From sequence record PP328843.1: a stretch of DNA of 64,000 nt. One strand, 5' to 3'. This DNA is from Escherichia phage 215Ecol030PP. Shown in pieces: positions 31,503 to 42,710 of the stretch. The notes under the pieces were generated by a model. It ran no database searches, was not told the DNA's origin, and was given only the letters and a program-made list of their open reading frames with translations. Within the stretch, counting starts at the first letter, position 1. The number at the start of each line of letters is the position of its first letter. The translations under genes were made by a program, and so were the position numbers.

Positions 31503-31530
31503 AAAGTCCTCATGTTATGTCAGTAAGACT

Positions 31531-31560
31531 ACTATAACACAACACGAAGGACTTGTAAAC
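31531..31560 (-). promoter_or_regulatory. T4-type early promoter (GTTTAC, 18 nt, TATAGT) for alc
   Basis: Minus-strand hexamers; 53-bp near-identical copy of the promoter at 17972-18024. Confidence 0.55.
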
Positions 31561-31563
31561 AGC

Positions 31564-33151
<1,588 letters not shown>

Positions 33152-33178
33152 AATAAAATGGGCCTTGCGGCCCACTCC

Positions 33179-33681
33179 TTAAAAGTATTTTTTAAAACTC
33201 ATCATAACTTTATCATCAACATCATTATCAATCTGTGCAACAAGGTAAGATGACAATTCTACTTCTTGTGGCGCAGATTGAACATTATCAGAATTAAGAT
33301 ATTCACGAATCCAAGGATATGGATGTTTAACCGGAGCATCGGTAATTGGGCATGGAAGACCACACTGCTTCATACGAGATACAGTTAAGTAATCAATAAA
33401 GCTCCACATGCTATTTGTATTTAATCCAGGAACATCTCCATCTTTAAATAAATGAACTGCCCAATCTTTTTCTTGGCGGTTAACTTCCATGAAAATATCA
33501 ACTGCTTCTTGTTCACACTCTTGAGCAATTTTAACCCATTGATCGCCATCAGTACCAGATTGAAGTTGACGAATAATATATTGGGTGCCTTTAAGGTGAA
33601 GCTGTTCATCGCGTGCAATGAACTTCATAATCTTGGCATTACCTTCCATGATTTCCATATTCTTATGGAAGTTAAAGGTAC
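33179..33681 (-). CDS. nrdB: Ribonucleotide reductase small subunit NrdB, exon 2
   Basis: Encodes (C)TFNFHKNMEIMEGNAKIMKFIARDEQLHL... through the C-terminus; class Ia R2 homology; splice position inferred, uncertain by a few nt. Confidence 0.75.
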
Positions 33682-34272
33682 CGTATGTTCGATTGAGCTC
33701 GCTAATTCTCAACCCGTTCTCTTATGAACTGCTGCATGTTACCATGCAGTCCAGACTATATCACAATCCCGGAGGGATTCTCCCCATTTCGAGTCGCTTG
33801 ACCCTACGTCCGAAGACTAGTCGTTGAACCTTGTTTTGCAATTGTCGCCGTGCCATCGTTTATATGTTGATGGTGATAAATCTTTCTTATCACAATATGG
33901 ACAATTCAATTGAATTCTATTTGGATTTAATTTACATCTGTCATTATGTTTTAGATAAAATCCAGGACCTTTACCAATGTGACCGCAGAAATCACATGTG
34001 ATTTCTTTTTGTGCAGGATGGGTCCCGTTCTTAACCATTTCTAATGTTTTGCTGATGTTCTTTTCTTATGGTCTTCCATCAGAATCTTTAGGTATAGGTC
34101 CGTTAGCATCTATCCAAATTTTTCTATAGTTCAATTGTGCATCCTCTTAAAAGTATAATCATATTATACTAATTAAAGGTGCAAGCAAAACCTTGGCTGC
34201 TAGTTTTCCATAAAGGACTTTCCAGCAATTAAAGGAGTTTTCGATAAACGTTACCGTTTAAAGGCGCATTTT
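33682..34272 (-). mobile_element. Group I self-splicing intron in nrdB (about 591 nt) carrying a short remnant homing-endonuclease-like ORF
   Basis: The nrdB reading frame is interrupted by about 0.6 kb between codons ...FYVSFA and CTFNFH...; exon 1 ends in U and the intron ends in G at the inferred junctions; T4 nrdB is known to carry a group I intron at this location. Confidence 0.7.
33817..34038 (-). CDS. Intron-encoded Cys-rich zinc-finger-like ORF (likely truncated I-TevIII-type homing endonuclease remnant)
   Basis: 73 aa with CxxCxH...C and CxxC...H..C patterns; too short for an intact HNH endonuclease. Confidence 0.5.
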   Translation of the reverse strand: MVKNGTHPAQKEITCDFCGHIGKGPGFYLKHNDRCKLNPNRIQLNCPYCDKKDLSPSTYKRWHGDNCKTRFND

Positions 34273-34948
34273 ACGCAAAAGATACATAAAAACGAATAGC
34301 TTCTAAGGCATTAATAACGTGCAAACAGAGGTAAAGAGATTTCATTAAAGCACGTTTAGCTTCGGCTTCTTGTTTAATAGCTCGGTTTAAACGAAAGACG
34401 GCATCAGGAGATTCTTTAGCTAGTTCTACAAATTCTTTAGCATTTTCCCATTCACGGGTTTTAATCAGAACATCATCATAATAACGTCCAATTGATTCAG
34501 CACGTTTCATAATAGCTTCATCTAATACAATCTCATCAAATACCTTCGATGGATCAGTATAAAGATTTCGCATGATATGAGTATATGAACGACTGTGAAT
34601 AGTTTCACTAAAAGTCCATGTAGCAACCCATGTATCAAGACTTGGGTCTGAAATTAATGACATAAGTACAGCAGACGGTGCACGGCCCTGAATGCTATCC
34701 AAAAGTGATTGATACTTCAGATTATTAGTAAAAATATCTTGCTGATATTGAGGAAGCTTATTAAACTGTGCAGCATCCATCATTAAGTTAACTTCTTCGG
34801 GACGCCAGAAAAAACTGATCTGCCGCTCAATGAGTTCTTCAAATACTCGATGTCGTTGAATATCATATCGAGCTAAACCTAATCCAGAACCAAAGAACAT
34901 CGGTTCATTCAAAACATCAACAGGGGATGTATTAAAAACTGTACTCAT
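34273..34948 (-). CDS. nrdB: Ribonucleotide reductase small subunit NrdB, exon 1
   Basis: 225 codons MSTVFNTSPVDVL...ALEAIRFYVSFA; class Ia R2 homology. Confidence 0.8.
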
Positions 34949-34999
34949 AAATTTTCCTCTTAGTTAATAGTTAGTGACTCGTCCATGAGTCATATTATA

Positions 35000-37264
35000 T
35001 CATAATTTACAGGATGAACAATCTTCAGCTTTTGGAGTTTCTATTTCATAATCATCAGTACCAGAACCATCACGGGTATTATGATAATAGAAATTTTTAA
35101 TGCCATAATACCATCCGTATAGCATGTCATCAATCATTATTGACATTGGAACCTTGCCTTTAGGGAAGATTTGGGGGTCATAGTATGTATTCGCCGAAGC
35201 TGATTGACAAACCCATTTCAGCATAATAGCTACCTGCGTAAGATAAGGTTTATTACCTTTCTTAGCTAATTTCCATGTATAATCATAGAGGTCTATGTTA
35301 TGCTCAATATTGGGCACGACTTGATTAAAGGAGCCCTCTTTTGATTCTTTAACAGAGACTGGTCCACGTGGAGGCTCGATACCGTTTGTACTGTTAGAAA
35401 CTTGGGAAGATGACTCACATGGCATAAGTGCTGATAATGTGCTATTACGGATGCCAAAGAGCTTAAGGTCTTCCCGCAGCGCCGACCAGTCACAAACGTA
35501 TTTTGGAGCTGCGATTTGGTCAATCTTTTTATTGTACCAGTCGATAGGTAGTTCGCCTCGAGACCAACGAGTGTCTGAATAATATTCGCAAGGTCCTTTT
35601 TCTTTGGCGAGCTTAATGGATGCTTTAATGAGTCCATACTGTAATCTCTCAAATAGTTCATGTGTTAAATCGTTAGCATCTTCATAAGAAGCAAAGTTAC
35701 TTGCCAGCCAAGCTGCATAGTTAGTAACACCTACACCGAGGTTACGACGCTTTTTAGCTTTTTCTGCTTCAGGAACTGGATATCCTTGGTAATCCAACAG
35801 ATTATCAAGAGCACGAACTTGAACTTCTGCCAATTCATTAATTTTATCTTGGTCTTGCCAGTCAAAATTATCTAGTACGAATGCGCTAAGGGTACACAAT
35901 CCAATTTCAGCATCAGGGCTATTCACATCATTTGTTGGAATAGCAATTTCACAACACAAGTTACTCTGACGAATAGGTGCCTTTTCACGAATAAACGGAG
36001 TATAGTTATTCGTATTATCAATGAACTGTACATAAATCCTTGCTGTTCCTGAACGTTCAGTCATGAGCAATTCAAATAGTTCACGGGCTTTAATACGCTT
36101 TTTACGAATATTAGGGTCTTTTTCTGCTGCTTCGTATAATTCACGGAAACGGTCTTGGTCTTTAAAATAAGAATAATAAAGCTCTCCACCCATTTCATGT
36201 GGACTGAACAAAGTAATGTAATCGTTCTTTCCAAATCGTTCCATCATCAAATCATTCAACTGAACACCATAATCCATATGACGGATGCGGTTTTCTTCTA
36301 CGCCTTTGTTATTTTTCAAAACGAGAAGATTTTCAACTTCCAAATGCCAAATAGGATAATAAGCAGTAGCAGCGCCGCCACGAATTCCACCCTGTGAACA
36401 TGATTTAACTGCAGTCTGAAAATGTTTCCAAAAAGGAATAACACCAGTATGGCGTACTTCACCTGTGCCAATCTTAGAACCTTCAGCACGAATCATACCA
36501 ACGTTAATACCAATTCCAGCGCGTTTAGAGATATATTCAACAATTGAAGCAGAAGCCTTATTGATAGACTTCAGTGAATCGCCTGCCTCAATAACAACGC
36601 ATGAACTAAACTGCCGAGTTGGAGTACGGCAACCAGCCATAATAGGAGTTGGTAATGAAATCTGTCGAGTAGATACCGCTTCATAAAAACGGATAACATG
36701 TTTTAATCTATCAACAGGTTCATCTTGATGCAATGCCATTCCAATAGTCATAAATGCAAACTGTGGAGTTTCATAAATTTGACCAGTGGTTTTATCTTTA
36801 ACTAGATATTTTTCTTTTAATTGCATCGCCCCGGAATAAGTAAATTCCATATCCCGCTCGTGCTTAATTTTTGATTCTAAAAATGTAATTTCTTCTGCTG
36901 AATATTTTGACAATAATTCAGGGTCATATTTACCTTCATTTACACAGTAAGAAATATGGTCAATAAATGAACGTGGTTCATATTGTCCGTAAACATGCTT
37001 ACGAAGAGCAAACATTAAACAGCGTGCAGCTACATATTGATAATCAGGCTCTTCAACCGAAATAGAATTCGCAGCAGCCTTAATGACAATAGTCTGAATA
37101 TCATCAGTTGTCATTCCATCACGGAGATAAGATTTAATATTTTCATATAATTCATAAGGATCTACTGATGTTCCCTCAGCTGCCCAAGATAAAACTTTAA
37201 TAATTTTTTGTGGGTCAAAGCTCTGAGAAACACCACTACTTTTGATAACATTAATTAATTGCAT
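35000..37264 (-). CDS. nrdA: Ribonucleotide reductase large subunit NrdA
   Basis: 754 aa; class Ia R1 with ATP-cone N-terminus; T4 NrdA length. Confidence 0.95.
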   Translation of the reverse strand: MQLINVIKSSGVSQSFDPQKIIKVLSWAAEGTSVDPYELYENIKSYLRDGMTTDDIQTIVIKAAANSISVEEPDYQYVAARCLMFALRKHVYGQYEPRSFIDHISYCVNEGKYDPELLSKYSAEEITFLESKIKHERDMEFTYSGAMQLKEKYLVKDKTTGQIYETPQFAFMTIGMALHQDEPVDRLKHVIRFYEAVSTRQISLPTPIMAGCRTPTRQFSSCVVIEAGDSLKSINKASASIVEYISKRAGIGINVGMIRAEGSKIGTGEVRHTGVIPFWKHFQTAVKSCSQGGIRGGAATAYYPIWHLEVENLLVLKNNKGVEENRIRHMDYGVQLNDLMMERFGKNDYITLFSPHEMGGELYYSYFKDQDRFRELYEAAEKDPNIRKKRIKARELFELLMTERSGTARIYVQFIDNTNNYTPFIREKAPIRQSNLCCEIAIPTNDVNSPDAEIGLCTLSAFVLDNFDWQDQDKINELAEVQVRALDNLLDYQGYPVPEAEKAKKRRNLGVGVTNYAAWLASNFASYEDANDLTHELFERLQYGLIKASIKLAKEKGPCEYYSDTRWSRGELPIDWYNKKIDQIAAPKYVCDWSALREDLKLFGIRNSTLSALMPCESSSQVSNSTNGIEPPRGPVSVKESKEGSFNQVVPNIEHNIDLYDYTWKLAKKGNKPYLTQVAIMLKWVCQSASANTYYDPQIFPKGKVPMSIMIDDMLYGWYYGIKNFYYHNTRDGSGTDDYEIETPKAEDCSSCKL

Positions 37265-37581
37265 AAGTCCTCAATTTGAAAATCGTCTTTAAACAGTCGG
37301 TTAACTATATGAGCTATTATATCACCATGACACGGCTTTGGTTTACATGTGCATCCTAGCCTCATTCCACGTAAAGGCTCTAAATGTGCTTTAGTTATTT
37401 CTCCGGATTTAATTCGACGTATAAAATCTTTTTTGAATAATTCAATGGCAGCCTCCCGGCTGCCAGCATCTTTACCGACGTAATTCCCCCAAAATGTACC
37501 ACGGTGAATATTAACATCAAAGTCGGATTTGTATTTATTCACTACCCGGCATAGACGGCCCGCGCGGTGATAATTCGGCAT
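37255..37581 (-). CDS. Hypothetical protein with [13 protein letters not shown] motif (DUF4326-like)
   Basis: 108-aa ORF overlapping the nrdA start. Confidence 0.5.
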   Translation of the reverse strand: MPNYHRAGRLCRVVNKYKSDFDVNIHRGTFWGNYVGKDAGSREAAIELFKKDFIRRIKSGEITKAHLEPLRGMRLGCTCKPKPCHGDIIAHIVNRLFKDDFQIEDLCN

Positions 37582-37798
37582 ATTGTTTTTCCGTTAAAAC
37601 AGTAATATCGTAGTAACAGTCAGAAGAAGTTTTAACTGTGGAAATTTTATTATCAAAATACTCACGAGTCATTTTATGAGTATAATATTTTTTGCCATAA
37701 ATGATAATAGGCTGATTTGGTCCTGGAACTTCTAACTCGCTTGGGTTAGGAAGTGTAAAAAGAACGGCACCAGAAGTATCTTTAAATCGTAAAATCAT
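37535..37798 (-). CDS. Hypothetical protein (nrdA-upstream)
   Basis: 87-aa ORF. Confidence 0.5.
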   Translation of the reverse strand: MILRFKDTSGAVLFTLPNPSELEVPGPNQPIIIYGKKYYTHKMTREYFDNKISTVKTSSDCYYDITVLTEKQYAELSPRGPSMPGSE

Positions 37799-37822
37799 AT
37801 ATCCTCACAATTAATAAATTAA

Positions 37823-38134
37823 TTACACCGCCATTTTTCCTTTCAAGACACCATGGGACTGATAATCTTTGAGAACGAAATCTTTAGGCCTGAGTTTAAG
37901 AATGTATTCCAATTGTTCTTTAGTAGAAAGATAGCGGAATTTATAAGGCAATCCGCCTATTACCAGTTCACAAAGCTCTTTAGGTTCACGACGCAAAATT
38001 TCTTTACATTGTTCCACGTGATTCATATAGATATGAGTATTACCACCAGAAAATATCAAATCTCCTGGAATAAGATTACACATCTTAGCTACAATATGAA
38101 CTAACGCAGCATATGATGCAATGTTGAATGGAAG
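37823..38134 (-). CDS. td: Thymidylate synthase, exon 2
   Basis: Encodes LPFNIASYAALVHIVAKMCNLIPGDLIFSGGNTHIYMNH...KGKMAV, the TS C-terminal half. Confidence 0.88.
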   Translation of the reverse strand, partial: LPFNIASYAALVHIVAKMCNLIPGDLIFSGGNTHIYMNHVEQCKEILRREPKELCELVIGGLPYKFRYLSTKEQLEYILKLRPKDFVLKDYQSHGVLKGKMAV

Positions 38135-38396
38135 CATTATGTTCAGATAAGGTCGTTAATCTTATCCCGGAATTATATCCAGCTGCATGTCACCATGCAG
38201 AGCAGACTATATCTCCAACTTGTTAAAGCAAGTTGTCTATCGTTTCGAGTCACTTGACCCTACTCCCTAAAGGGATAGTCGTTAGGCATTTAGGTAGAAC
38301 CAAAGTCCTACAATTTAGCACGGGATTGTCTACTAGAGAGGTTCCCCGTTTAGATAGATTACAAGTATAAGTCACCTTATACTCAGGCCTCAATTA
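38135..38396 (-). mobile_element. Group I self-splicing intron in td, ORF-less (262 nt)
   Basis: The intron begins UAAUUGAGGCCUGAGUAUAAGGUGACUUAUAC... and ends ...CUGAACAUAAUG, which I recognise as the T4 td intron core; no I-TevI ORF is present. Confidence 0.8.
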
Positions 38397-39086
38397 ACCC
38401 AAGAAAACATCTACTGAGCGTTGATACCACTGCAAATCCAAATAGCCATTACGCACATTAAACTGATAGAACATATGACAAGGCGGTAATGCCATATATT
38501 TAAGTTCAGCTGGATTCCATGCAGAAACAATTTGACGCCTATCATTTGGCAATTTTTTAATACGATCAATAACTTCTACAATTTGGTCTACACCGCCAAA
38601 ATCACGCCATTGTTTTCCATAAATTGGACCAAGTTCACCGCTATGGTATCCTAAATCTTTTGCTTGATTTTCGTAATTTTCATCCCAGACTGTTTTGCCT
38701 TGAATTAATGAATCATGCTGAATTTGGTCTACACCGCCAAAATCACGCCATTGTTTTCCATAAATTGGACCAAGTTCACCGCTATGGTATCCTAAATCTT
38801 TTGCTTGATTTTCGTAATTTTCATCCCAGACTGTTTTGCCTTGAATTAATGAATCATGCTGAATTAATCGTAAATCATTTACGTTAGTACTTCCTGATAA
38901 GAACCAAAGTAGCTCAGCAATGCAAGCTTTCCAAGCGAGCTTCTTAGTTGTTACCGCAGGAAAACCTTTAGTTAAATCCCAGCGTAATTTAGTACCGAAC
39001 AAAGCAATTGTTCCTGTGCCTGTTCGGTCATCGGTTTCATAGCCATTTTCAAAAATGTCTTTAATTAAATCTTGGTATTGTTTCAT
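38397..39086 (-). CDS. td: Thymidylate synthase, exon 1 (contains an in-frame 47-codon tandem duplication)
   Basis: MKQYQDLIKDIFENGYETDDRTGTGT... with catalytic ALPPCHMF; the segment QHDSLIQ...GGVDQI occurs twice in a row. Confidence 0.88.
38580..38861. repeat. Perfect direct tandem duplication, 2 x 141 bp, inside td exon 1
   Basis: Positions 38580-38720 and 38721-38861 are identical by eye; junction microhomology ATT. Confidence 0.9.
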
Positions 39087-39130
39087 TTAGTACCTTATAT
39101 AAATTATAATACATTTTATGAAGCTAATAA

Positions 39131-39478
39131 TCAATACGGTTTAGCATCAAATTTTCTTTCGATTTCAGGAGTGAAATATAATTCTTTACCGCGTTTGGAA
39201 AAGCGACCAATAATATGATAATTATTCTCATCAAACGTAATATTACCAATATCCATAGCTTTCAACCAAATATCGATATTTCTATCCAGCTTTATGTCAA
39301 AATTCCAATACGGAGAACTATTACCGAAAATACTGCAAGCAGATTCAGTGAAACAACTGCTATAAATCTTGTCTTTAGGAACTACTAATTGATAGACACC
39401 TTTAATAAACTGAGGACCCTGCCACTTTGGCTGTTTCGCGTCTTCTTCTAATAGAATAGGGTAATAATTAAAGTTCAT
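39131..39478 (-). CDS. Hypothetical 115-aa protein inserted between frd and td
   Basis: ORF MNFNYYPILLEED... from ATG 39478 (the ORF track start at 39490 is a GTG); no recognisable motifs. Confidence 0.55.
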   Translation of the reverse strand: MNFNYYPILLEEDAKQPKWQGPQFIKGVYQLVVPKDKIYSSCFTESACSIFGNSSPYWNFDIKLDRNIDIWLKAMDIGNITFDENNYHIIGRFSKRGKELYFTPEIERKFDAKPY

Positions 39479-39498
39479 ATTTTCCGCCACGCGTTATT

Positions 39499-40328
<830 letters not shown>

Positions 40329-40338
40329 ATTATTTTCC

Positions 40339-40638
40339 TTAAACAGACTTTTTCACAATTTTCCAATCAGCTTTAAACTGATCGACGTCAGAATGGTAAA
40401 TCCAGAATCCTGCGCTTTCTCCGTCTTCATAAAGAGGACATCCATCACATTCATCTTCCCATCCCATGTCACGTAAAAGATGTTCAGCTTTTTCAACAAG
40501 TTCAGAATCTTTACCGATGATATTAAAATACCATTTACCTCTAACTTCTGAATCTTTGATGCTCTGGCGTTGTAATCTCATTTTATTCTCCTTAGTTGAT
40601 AAGGCTATAGTATCATTACCATAGCCCGTTGTAAACAA
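40339..40638 (-). CDS. Hypothetical protein (frd.2 position)
   Basis: 99-aa ORF with AAGGAGAATAAA ATG context. Confidence 0.55.
   Translation of the reverse strand: MFTTGYGNDTIALSTKENKMRLQRQSIKDSEVRGKWYFNIIGKDSELVEKAEHLLRDMGWEDECDGCPLYEDGESAGFWIYHSDVDQFKADWKIVKKSV
40607..40636 (-). promoter_or_regulatory. T4-type early promoter (GTTTAC, 18 nt, TACTAT)
   Basis: Minus-strand hexamers upstream of ORF 40339-40638. Confidence 0.5.
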
Positions 40639-40932
40639 TTATTTTTGAATTTTATCGAGCCACTTACCAAGCTTAATCATTTCTTTAGTAGCCTTTTCCA
40701 TACTTCTGAACTTAACCAATAGAGGATAGGTATCGACACCCATAACTAAACTGGTTACAAGACTGTGTTCACCCACAAGCCATAACGAATACGTTTGAAT
40801 ATCGAGCCCGTAATTTCTGTCTTTATGGACCCGTACACCCATCACTTCAAATTTCTCACTAGCTTTTTCTACCGCATCCAGGAAATCATCTTTAGTCATA
40901 TTAGGCCTTAAAAGTTTTTCGCAAAAGTTCAA
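40639..40932 (-). CDS. Hypothetical protein
   Basis: 97-aa ORF. Confidence 0.5.
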   Translation of the reverse strand: MNFCEKLLRPNMTKDDFLDAVEKASEKFEVMGVRVHKDRNYGLDIQTYSLWLVGEHSLVTSLVMGVDTYPLLVKFRSMEKATKEMIKLGKWLDKIQK

Positions 40933-41302
40933 TGATTTCGTCTACATTGTTTTCGTCAACAATGCAGTGAATTTTTGTTACGCCAGAAACCTTGTCTTTG
41001 ACTTCATCCTCTTCAGAAGTTGGTTCTTTATATTCGCGGAAACAATAAAACTCTTCTTCACTAAGTTCAAAATAATCATCACCCATACCATCATCATTAT
41101 AGATTTCACCGTTAGCACAAATGATTTCGGTTACATAATCAAAGCCATCTAAACTTGATATTGATTTAACTTCAAACCAACCACCATTTTCTTGAATGAT
41201 GCCGACCATATTAGCATTTGATGAACTAATATCAATGAAAGATTTAATACGGTGTGGATTTAACTCGTATTTTTTGCCGATTTCCATTTTGATTTTCCTC
41301 AT
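40901..41302 (-). CDS. Hypothetical protein
   Basis: 133-aa ORF. Confidence 0.5.
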   Translation of the reverse strand: MRKIKMEIGKKYELNPHRIKSFIDISSSNANMVGIIQENGGWFEVKSISSLDGFDYVTEIICANGEIYNDDGMGDDYFELSEEEFYCFREYKEPTSEEDEVKDKVSGVTKIHCIVDENNVDEIIELLRKTFKA

Positions 41303-41332
41303 TTTAATAGGGGCTTAATAGCCCCTTGATAA

Positions 41333-41623
41333 TTATTGTTCAATCAGTCCCATGTAAAATTCTGCGTCTTCAGAATCCATGCCATCACAATATTCATTAG
41401 CCATAAAGCGGGTGAGGTCTTCAAGAGGACCTTCAATAACGATTTGAATACTCCAAAACTTAGAATCTTGTACGCTTGTGATACTAAGTTCAGGATAACG
41501 ATTACGAATAATCTCTTCAATATATTCAAAATCAACGATGTCAATATCAACTTTAGCCATATTATTTTCCTCTTTAATCATCAGCAGTATTGCCGATAGT
41601 TGTATAGTACCATGGAAGGACAA
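41333..41623 (-). CDS. Hypothetical protein
   Basis: 96-aa acidic ORF with AGAGGAAAATAAT ATG context. Confidence 0.5.
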   Translation of the reverse strand: MSFHGTIQLSAILLMIKEENNMAKVDIDIVDFEYIEEIIRNRYPELSITSVQDSKFWSIQIVIEGPLEDLTRFMANEYCDGMDSEDAEFYMGLIEQ

Positions 41624-41633
41624 GGATGTAAAC
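41604..41633 (-). promoter_or_regulatory. T4-type early promoter (GTTTAC, 18 nt, TACTAT) with upstream A/T-rich element
   Basis: Minus-strand hexamers; member of a repeated promoter cassette family (see findings). Confidence 0.5.
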
Positions 41634-41664
41634 CGTTTTGTGAAAAAATTTTTGAAATAAAAAA

Positions 41665-41683
41665 GGGGACCTCTAGGGTCCCC
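41665..41683 (-). terminator. Intrinsic terminator downstream of gene 32
   Basis: GGGGACC-CTAGA-GGTCCCC hairpin followed on the minus strand by TTTTTTATTTC. Confidence 0.6.
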
Positions 41684-41705
41684 AATTAATTAGTAATATA
41701 ATCTA

Positions 41706-42611
41706 TTAAAGGTCATTCAAAAGGTCATCCAGGTCCGTGTCATCAGCACTAGATGAACTGCCAGAGCTTGAGCTCATAAAATCATCTTCAGTTTTTGTTT
41801 TGAAGTCATCAACATTGAATGCATCCAAATCATCAGCAACTTTATCAGCTTTCTTAGCGGCAGTTGCAGCGGCACCACCCATAGCAGCAGTTCCCATAAC
41901 TTGACTGAACTTAGTGCTCAGTTCTTCAAACGATTTGAATTTATCTTTAGAAGTCATTTCAGAAAGGTCAACCATTTGTTCGAACAGTTCTTTCTGGAAA
42001 GATTCATCGTCAATGTTTGGAATCGCAGATTGATTCAGGAATTTAGATTCGTCGTAGTTACTAAATCCAGAAACTTGTTTAACTTTCAGTACAAAGTTAG
42101 CACCTTCCCACGGACAAGTTACATCAACCGGAGTTTCACCCATTTCAACATCAACCGCAATCATTGCATTGATTTTATCCCAGATTTTCTTACCGAAGCG
42201 GTATTTAAATACTTTACCTTCGTTTTCTGGAGCAGCTGGATCTTTTACTACAAGAATGTTAGCCCAGTAAGAAGTTTTACGTTTAACAAGACTGTACTCT
42301 TTATTGTCAGTGTTGTACAGATCATTTTTACTGATGTACTGACATACTGGGCAAGAATCGTAATCACCGTGGGTAGATGAACATGTTTCAATATACCATT
42401 TACCATTTTTCTTGAAACCGTGATTTACAAGAATTGCGAATGGTGCTTGTTCATCATTTTTAGACGGAAGAAAACGAATTACTGCTTGACCGTTACCCGC
42501 ATTGTCGAGTTTCAGTTTCCACTCGCCTTTATCTTCAGAAGAAAAACCTTTATTGCCATTCAGTTTAGCCATTTGTGCAGCGAGTTCAGCAGTAGATTTA
42601 CGTTTAAACAT
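41706..42611 (-). CDS. 32: gp32 single-stranded DNA-binding protein
   Basis: 301 aa; sequence recognised as T4 gp32, including the acidic Ser-rich C-terminus. Confidence 0.95.
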
Positions 42612-42690
42612 TTTTATTTCCTTTTTAATTTAATTAACAGTTGGTGCTATGACGATGTATGACCTCATAGCTGGTCAGTGAGATAATTAT
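42612..42690 (-). promoter_or_regulatory. Gene 32 translational operator (pseudoknot plus unstructured A/U-rich leader)
   Basis: Leader mRNA ...GCUAUGAGGUCAUACAUCGUCAUAGCACCAACUGUUAAUUAAAUUAAAAAGGAAAUAAAAAUG matches the known gp32 autoregulatory site architecture. Confidence 0.6.
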
Positions 42691-42694
42691 AATC

Positions 42695-42702
42695 TATTTA
42701 TA
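42695..42702 (-). promoter_or_regulatory. T4-type late promoter (TATAAATA) upstream of gene 32
   Basis: Minus-strand TATAAATA upstream of the gene 32 leader. Confidence 0.5.
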
Positions 42703-42710
42703 ATAAGCAA

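Noticed and set aside
38580-38861. td duplication as a mobile element or intron-associated insertion
   Set aside because: The two copies are identical exon sequence in frame with no foreign DNA between them; it is a simple tandem duplication, not an insertion of new material.
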